64,000 bases of DNA from Verrucomicrobiota bacterium. GTDB lineage: Bacteria > Verrucomicrobiota > Verrucomicrobiia > Limisphaerales > JBEHZA01. How positions within the stretch are numbered: position 1 is the stretch's first letter; the number at the start of each line of letters is the position of its first letter. The stretch is from assembly GCA_048497895.1 (NCBI GenBank), contig JBEHZA010000001.1, positions 3,312 to 67,311 of the forward strand, given 5' to 3'. Positions 58,581 to 64,000 of the stretch are shown here, one piece after another. The notes under the pieces are model-generated. The model ran no database searches. It was not told the origin of the DNA and saw nothing but the letters and a program-made list of their open reading frames with translations. The translations under genes and the position numbers were made by a program.

Positions 58581-58769
58581 ATTCCTCAGCAGACGCCATC
58601 GGAGCCTGCCGAGATGCCCGCAATTTAACCATTATTCACCCTTTCTTGCTTTCATTACCAGTGAACACCTAAATCTGACTCGAATCCATCCCGTTTCATT
58701 CAGCCGGTTACCCAAAAACTCCTGCCTTAACTTTTTGCAAACCACGCGCACAGTGCTATTAGTGGTAAC

Positions 58770-61472
58770 GTGTTTGACGGAACTGAAAAAGAACAGCAAT
58801 TGGGCGACGCCATCGTCATTCATGGCGCGCGCGAGCATAATTTAAAGAACCTCTCGGTTTCGATTCCCCGCGGTCAATTCGTCGTCCTCACCGGCGTCAG
58901 TGGTTCCGGCAAAAGCACTTTGGCCTTTGATATTCTTTTTTCCGAAGGCCAGCGCCGCTTTCTCGATTCCATGAATGCCTATGCCCGGCAATTCGTGGAA
59001 CAACTCTCCCGTCCCGACGTCGATTTAATCACCGGCATCCCTCCCACCGTCAGCATTGAGCAGCGCAACTCCCGCGGCGGCGGCAAGAGCACGGTGGCGA
59101 CCGTTACGGAAATCCATCATTTCATCCGCCTCCTGTTTGCCCGGCTTGGCACACAGCATTGCCCCGATTGCCATCTGCCGGTGACCGCCCAGACGAAAGA
59201 CCAGGTCGGACGTCAGTTGCAGACGGAAATAAAACGGCGCGGCGACCTGCTCCTGCTCGCGCCAGTCGTAAAGAATCGCAAAGGCTTTCATACCGACGTG
59301 GCCGAATGGGCCGCCAAACACGGCTACGCTGAAATTCGCGCCGATGGCAAAATTCACGCCACCAAAGATCGCTTGCGCCTGGATCGTTTCCGTGAACATG
59401 ACGTGGAAATTGTCGTGGGTGTTTTGGAAAAGAAAGCCCCTCGTGGTAAAACTCCGGCCAAATCGCCTCAGCAATTGATCGACGAAACCTTGAAGCTCGG
59501 CCACGGCACGTTGCTCGCGCTGGACAATCACGGCAAAACGACCATCCACTCCACCGAACGCGCCTGCGCGCAATGCGGTCGTTCGTTTGAGCCGCTGGAC
59601 CCGAAAATGTTCAGTTACAATTCCGCGCAAGGCTGGTGTCCCCGTTGCCGCGGTTTTGGTGAATTATTTTACCTCCCGGAAGTAGATCGCGGCGCGCGGG
59701 CCGAGGCCATTGAAGAATCCTGGTTTGAATGGCAGGAAGGTAAACGCGAGCCATGCCCGGAATGCCATGGCGCCCGCTTGAATCCGATTGTGCGGGCTGT
59801 GCATTTGGATGTGGCTGGCGCAAAGTTCCCTGGTGAAAAAAACACTCCCACGATCGACACCTTCTCCCGGGCATCCGTCGTCGAAGGGTTTGATTATTTC
59901 CGCACGCTGAAATTCAAAGGCCACGAAGCCGAGATCGCGCGCGATATTTTACCGGAAATCCGTGAGCGCCTGAAATTCCTGAATGAAGTCGGCCTGGATT
60001 ATTTGCAACTCGGCCGCAGCGTCACCACCTTGTCCGGCGGCGAAGCCCAGCGCATTCGTCTGGCCGCTCAACTCGGCTCGAATCTCAGTGGCGTCATGTA
60101 TGTGCTGGACGAACCCACCATTGGCCTGCACGCGCGCGACAATGAGAAACTGCTCGAATCGCTCGCTAAACTCCGTTCGCGCGGCAACTCGCTCATCGTC
60201 GTCGAGCACGATGAAGACACGATGCGTCACGCCGATTACATTATCGATCTCGGTCCCGGAGCCGGCATCAATGGTGGCCGCATTGTCGCCAGTGGCACGC
60301 TCGCGGAACTTATGGAGCACGAAAACTCCATCACGGGCCAATGTCTGCGCCACAAAAAGGCATTCCCTACCCGTGGCGAACGTCGTCCCGTCAAGCGCAC
60401 GGCAACGGCCAAATCCGCCGCCATGCCCAGCCTCACCTTGCACGGTGCGAGCACAAACAATCTCCACGACCTGACCGTCTCGTTCCCCTTGAACCGCCTC
60501 GTCGTCATCACGGGCGTCAGCGGCTCCGGCAAGAGCACGATGATCCGTGAATGCCTCTTGCCGGCGGTTACCTCCGCCTTGAAATCCAAGCGGCCAAAAA
60601 CCGAAGGTTTGCACGTGACCGGCCACGAATTGATTCAAGCCGTTTACGAAGTCGATCAAACTCCCATTGGCCGCACGCCCCGTTCGACTCCCGCGACCTA
60701 CGTGGGCTTCTTCAATCAAATCCGGGAACTTTTCGCGCAAGTGCCCGAAGCCCGCTTGCGGGGTTATTCACCCAGCCGCTTTTCCTTCAACAGCGCGCAA
60801 GGTCGCTGTCCGGAATGTGAAGGCGCCGGCACGATTAAATTGGAAATGAATTTCCTGCCGCCCGCGTATGTGCGTTGCGAAACGTGCAACGGCACCCGTT
60901 TCAATCGCGAAACCTTGGACATCGAATTTGGCGGCAAAAATATCGCTCAGGTGCTCGAACTCAGCGTGGCCGAAGCGATTGAATTCTTCAGCTCCTTCCA
61001 GCGCTTGCGCCGTCCGCTCGAAGCCTTGCGCGATACCGGGCTGGATTATCTCAAGCTCGGCCAGACCAGCCCCACGCTCAGCGGCGGAGAAGCGCAACGC
61101 GTCAAACTCGTCTCCCATTTATTAACCGGATTAAAAGCCGGACCTGCCGCCGTGGAAACCACGTTGCAGCGCGGCCGCTTCAAACCTTCGCACAACCTGT
61201 TTATCCTGGAAGAACCGACCATCGGCCTGCACATGGCGGATGTGCAACGGCTCGTCGATGTCTTACAACGCCTGGTCGATGCCGGTCATTCAGTCATTGT
61301 CATTGAACATAACCTCGAATTGATTGCCGAGGCCGATTGGCTGATCGATCTCGGCCCTGAAGGCGGTGAAGGTGGCGGGAAAATTGTTGGCGCGGGAACC
61401 CCTGAACAGATTGCCGCCAATAAGCGCTCGCACACCGGACGCTTTTTGCGTAGTGTGCTCGGCAAAGCATGA
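58770..61472 (+). CDS. UvrA-like excinuclease ABC subunit A paralog with a truncated insertion domain
   Basis: GAREHNLKN, two Walker A motifs (GVSGSGKST twice), two LSGGEAQR signatures, and zinc-module CxxC pairs (CPDC, CAQC, CPRC, CPEC, CPEC, CETC). The start is GTG at 58770 or TTG at 58799. Confidence 0.85.
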   Translation: MFDGTEKEQQLGDAIVIHGAREHNLKNLSVSIPRGQFVVLTGVSGSGKSTLAFDILFSEGQRRFLDSMNAYARQFVEQLSRPDVDLITGIPPTVSIEQRNSRGGGKSTVATVTEIHHFIRLLFARLGTQHCPDCHLPVTAQTKDQVGRQLQTEIKRRGDLLLLAPVVKNRKGFHTDVAEWAAKHGYAEIRADGKIHATKDRLRLDRFREHDVEIVVGVLEKKAPRGKTPAKSPQQLIDETLKLGHGTLLALDNHGKTTIHSTERACAQCGRSFEPLDPKMFSYNSAQGWCPRCRGFGELFYLPEVDRGARAEAIEESWFEWQEGKREPCPECHGARLNPIVRAVHLDVAGAKFPGEKNTPTIDTFSRASVVEGFDYFRTLKFKGHEAEIARDILPEIRERLKFLNEVGLDYLQLGRSVTTLSGGEAQRIRLAAQLGSNLSGVMYVLDEPTIGLHARDNEKLLESLAKLRSRGNSLIVVEHDEDTMRHADYIIDLGPGAGINGGRIVASGTLAELMEHENSITGQCLRHKKAFPTRGERRPVKRTATAKSAAMPSLTLHGASTNNLHDLTVSFPLNRLVVITGVSGSGKSTMIRECLLPAVTSALKSKRPKTEGLHVTGHELIQAVYEVDQTPIGRTPRSTPATYVGFFNQIRELFAQVPEARLRGYSPSRFSFNSAQGRCPECEGAGTIKLEMNFLPPAYVRCETCNGTRFNRETLDIEFGGKNIAQVLELSVAEAIEFFSSFQRLRRPLEALRDTGLDYLKLGQTSPTLSGGEAQRVKLVSHLLTGLKAGPAAVETTLQRGRFKPSHNLFILEEPTIGLHMADVQRLVDVLQRLVDAGHSVIVIEHNLELIAEADWLIDLGPEGGEGGGKIVGAGTPEQIAANKRSHTGRFLRSVLGKA

Positions 61473-61951
61473 GTCAGGCGTACGAAGAAATCATCGAGGG
61501 CGAAACGATGCACCGTTATGCGCCAGGCGTCCGTCACGAAGAGATTTGCGCCCGCCTGCACGCCCACGTCAGTGCCTGTCTGGAATTTCAAACCACTGCC
61601 CGCTTATTAAGCCCGCGTGAACTGGTGCAGATCACCCCCGGCAGCATGATCCGCCCCGATCTCGCCCTTGTCACTAAAGCCACCGGCAAACTCTGGTTGG
61701 CCGCGGAAATCATCAGTTCCGATGACAACCGCGCCGATACCGTCGTCAAAAAACAGCTTTACGAAGAAATCAATCTTCCCCGCCTCTGGATGATCGATCC
61801 GCGTTACGACAATCTGGAAATCTATCAAGCGGGGGCTTATGGCATGGCCTTGAAAACCATCCTTGCTCAGCGCGATACGCTCACGGAAGCGTTGCTGCCC
61901 AAATTTGAATTGAGCATTGCGGAATTGTTCGGTTTGAAAAAACTGTCATAG
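61469..61951 (+). CDS. Uma2-family (DUF820) PD-(D/E)XK endonuclease-like protein
   Basis: IRPDLALV...AAEIISSDD...KKQLYEEINLPRLWMIDP. Its ATG overlaps the uvrA-like stop as ATGA. Confidence 0.7.
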   Translation: MSQAYEEIIEGETMHRYAPGVRHEEICARLHAHVSACLEFQTTARLLSPRELVQITPGSMIRPDLALVTKATGKLWLAAEIISSDDNRADTVVKKQLYEEINLPRLWMIDPRYDNLEIYQAGAYGMALKTILAQRDTLTEALLPKFELSIAELFGLKKLS

Positions 61952-61960
61952 AAGCGCGGA

Positions 61961-63247
61961 TTATTGGTAACGCGCGAACAAATCTTCCTTCGGCCATTCC
62001 TTCACCGCCTCCGCTGCGCGATGCAAAGCGGCATCAATCGCCCCATCCGGCAATTGCGGATCGTTACTGCGTTGATTAAACACCACCGCCCAGCTTAACC
62101 CATCCCACCGCCGCACCAGCAACGTAGAGGTGCCGGGCAAACTGCCGTTGTGCCAATAATTCGCCTTGCCGTTTCTCACCGGGCGGACCAGCCAGCCGCA
62201 ACCATAATACGCATCGGTAACGCTGCCATCGGGCTTGCGTGACACCGGCGCTTCAGGCGGACGATACATCGTCGCCAGCGTCTCCGCTTTGAGCACCGGA
62301 CAATGCGCCGGATCATCCAGCCCTGCCGCGAAACGAACCAAATCCACCGCCGACGCAATCCATCCACCGTGAGCATCCATCGCCTCCAGGTTAAACGCGC
62401 CATCAGGCCACGGCACCATTCCCGGATGCTCCGGGAAAACACTTTCTCCCAAATCGTTCTTCGGTGTGTAGTAACACACCTCTCCTTCCGCCCGTTTCGT
62501 GGATAACGTGCCGCCGATCCGCATGTGTTTAATCCCTAGCGGAGCCAGCACCTGCTCCTTCACGTATTGCTCATACGGCATGCCGGTAATCGTTTCAATT
62601 ACGCGCCCGAGCACACAAAAACCAAAATTGGAGTAAACGTATTTTGTGCCTGGATCAAACTCCAGCGGCTTGCCGAGCATGAAGCGAATAATCGATTTCG
62701 GGTCCGCCGGTCCGGGAATCCCCGCCGCTTTCGAAATACGTTTCGATTGAAACATGGGATCAAACCCCTGATCCCGGTCCCAGCCGCCCGTGTGATGCAG
62801 CAACTGTTCAATGGTGATGGCTTGCAAACGCGGGTCCAGCGGCTTGCCCGTAAAGACAATCGGCGGCAGCTTCACAATCGCAAAAGCCCGATCCTCCAAT
62901 TTCAACCGTCCTTCCTCGACCAGTTTCAAGATCGCCACGGCCGTGAACGGTTTGGAAATGCTCGCAATCCGAAAAAGAGAATCCGGTTGCGCGGGAATCT
63001 TTTTTTCCCGATCGGCCCAGCCATAGCCGCGCGCGTAAACCAGTTTGCGATTCTTCACCACCGCCAATGCGCCACCCGGAACTTTGCGCGCCTGCATGAA
63101 CTGCTCCATCTCCTGATCGAAACTGGCGAAGGGAAGGGATTTCTTTTCCTCTTCCGCCAGCAACGGTGGTATCGAAACACCCACTACACCCGCTGCGCTA
63201 ATGTCCAGAAAATGACGGCGGGACCAGGAATTGCGAGCAGGTTTCAT
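61961..63247 (-). CDS. Serine hydrolase, beta-lactamase (class C/esterase) family, with a Tat-type signal
   Basis: SRRHFLDISAAGVVG signal, SISKPFT (SxxK) and the YSN motif (YVYSNFGF). ATG at 63247. Confidence 0.8.
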   Translation of the reverse strand: MKPARNSWSRRHFLDISAAGVVGVSIPPLLAEEEKKSLPFASFDQEMEQFMQARKVPGGALAVVKNRKLVYARGYGWADREKKIPAQPDSLFRIASISKPFTAVAILKLVEEGRLKLEDRAFAIVKLPPIVFTGKPLDPRLQAITIEQLLHHTGGWDRDQGFDPMFQSKRISKAAGIPGPADPKSIIRFMLGKPLEFDPGTKYVYSNFGFCVLGRVIETITGMPYEQYVKEQVLAPLGIKHMRIGGTLSTKRAEGEVCYYTPKNDLGESVFPEHPGMVPWPDGAFNLEAMDAHGGWIASAVDLVRFAAGLDDPAHCPVLKAETLATMYRPPEAPVSRKPDGSVTDAYYGCGWLVRPVRNGKANYWHNGSLPGTSTLLVRRWDGLSWAVVFNQRSNDPQLPDGAIDAALHRAAEAVKEWPKEDLFARYQ

Positions 63248-63266
63248 GCGTCCATGAAATCGCTTC

Positions 63267-64000
63267 TCACATGGAATACCAGCCAATTCGGACGCGATTC
63301 TTGTAATACAATACCCCCAGCAATCGCATCTCCACTGTCAGGAAATAGAGCGTTAGAAAGCCCGTTGGAATACTTGGCAATATTGGTATCGGAATAATTG
63401 TTTTCAACAAGGTCTCACTCAGATAACGCAGCACGACCATTAAAAAGAATACGACGCAAGCAATGATGTATTCGACCGGAACCTTGGTAATCGCTGGAAT
63501 CACCACGAATGGATTAATGGCGATGAAGCTATCGGACATCGCCGTGGCCAGCAAAGCCATGGGAAAATAAAGCAGACCTAATCCAATCAGCGGAAAAGCA
63601 ATCAGGTAATTGACATCCTCTTTGGAATTGCCGGCCATAACCAGATAAGCAAGTGCCGGCCCAAAACAAACCAGCACAGTAAATACGAGCGTAAAGAAGG
63701 GCACCGCCACATCACTCCACCACTCTGCAAATTCCGGCCAGTCCGGCAGCCGGTCTTCGCCCCGGGCCGTGGTGGTAATGATGCTTTGCAGGTAAACAAA
63801 TAGATAGCCGCCGGCAAAAATGGTCATCCACCAGGAAAATCTCGCCACAAAATCCAACACCAGAAAAGTCAACGTTCCCAGCACCAGCATAAATGTCCCG
63901 CCATGGCCGAAAGGATATTTTAAAATGCCGGGTAATTCTTGAATGAACGTCCGGTTTTCCCGCGCGACCCGTTCTTTTTCCTGCCGCTCATATTCCTCCA
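63267..64000 (-). CDS. Polytopic membrane protein of unknown function; 5' end lies outside the window
   Basis: My hand translation shows the frame open from 63890 up to the window edge (...EEYERQEKERVARENRTFIQELPGILKYPFGHGGTF-MLVLG...). At least five hydrophobic segments follow. Confidence 0.55.
   Translation of the reverse strand, partial: EEYERQEKERVARENRTFIQELPGILKYPFGHGGTFMLVLGTLTFLVLDFVARFSWWMTIFAGGYLFVYLQSIITTTARGEDRLPDWPEFAEWWSDVAVPFFTLVFTVLVCFGPALAYLVMAGNSKEDVNYLIAFPLIGLGLLYFPMALLATAMSDSFIAINPFVVIPAITKVPVEYIIACVVFFLMVVLRYLSETLLKTIIPIPILPSIPTGFLTLYFLTVEMRLLGVLYYKNRVRIGWYSM

Noticed and set aside
58581-58769. SOS/LexA operator upstream of the UvrA paralog
   Set aside because: I saw no TGTTC-N4-GAACA-type or CTGT-N8-ACAG-type palindrome in the leader.
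1-64000. Whether the window represents a prophage, integrative element or genomic island
   Set aside because: There are no integrase, transposase, recombinase, phage structural or conjugation genes and no flanking tRNA. Housekeeping genes (trpS, fbaB, lepB, eda) are interspersed throughout.

Overview
This looks like an ordinary chromosomal segment, probably from a Verrucomicrobiota or other PVC-group bacterium. That placement is inferred from gene content only: a giant PSCyt/DUF1549/DUF1553 protein next to a DUF1501 protein, a GxxExxY cassette, TatT and ThuA proteins, and no search was run. I call about 58 protein-coding genes. Both window ends cut genes: a hybrid sensor kinase at the 5' end and a membrane protein at the 3' end. 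I found no rRNA, tRNA, CRISPR array, transposase, integrase or phage gene. Housekeeping and metabolic genes dominate, including trpS, fbaB, eda, lepB and aroE-like genes, a GntP permease, a ROK kinase, Hsp20, a UvrA-like ATPase and a P1B metal ATPase. There is also a four-gene two-component cascade and many secreted hydrolases. The items most worth a second look are: (1) a 481-aa orphan protein (31269-32714) whose translation carries the three catalytic motifs of archaeo-eukaryotic primase (AEP/PrimPol) enzymes, overlapping a TIM-barrel gene and divergent from a cNMP-binding protein; (2) two paralogous orphan proteins ending in RRWGIN[DE], one directly downstream of the two-component cascade; (3) a UvrA paralog with an almost deleted insertion domain, translationally coupled to a Uma2 nuclease; (4) a GxxExxY gene bracketed by a perfect 32-bp inverted repeat; (5) a 0.95-kb gene-free stretch made of several short repeat families; (6) a 35-nt GNRA-capped hairpin repeat sitting just 5' of two start codons. 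All functional calls come from reading motifs in the supplied translations and none was checked against a database.
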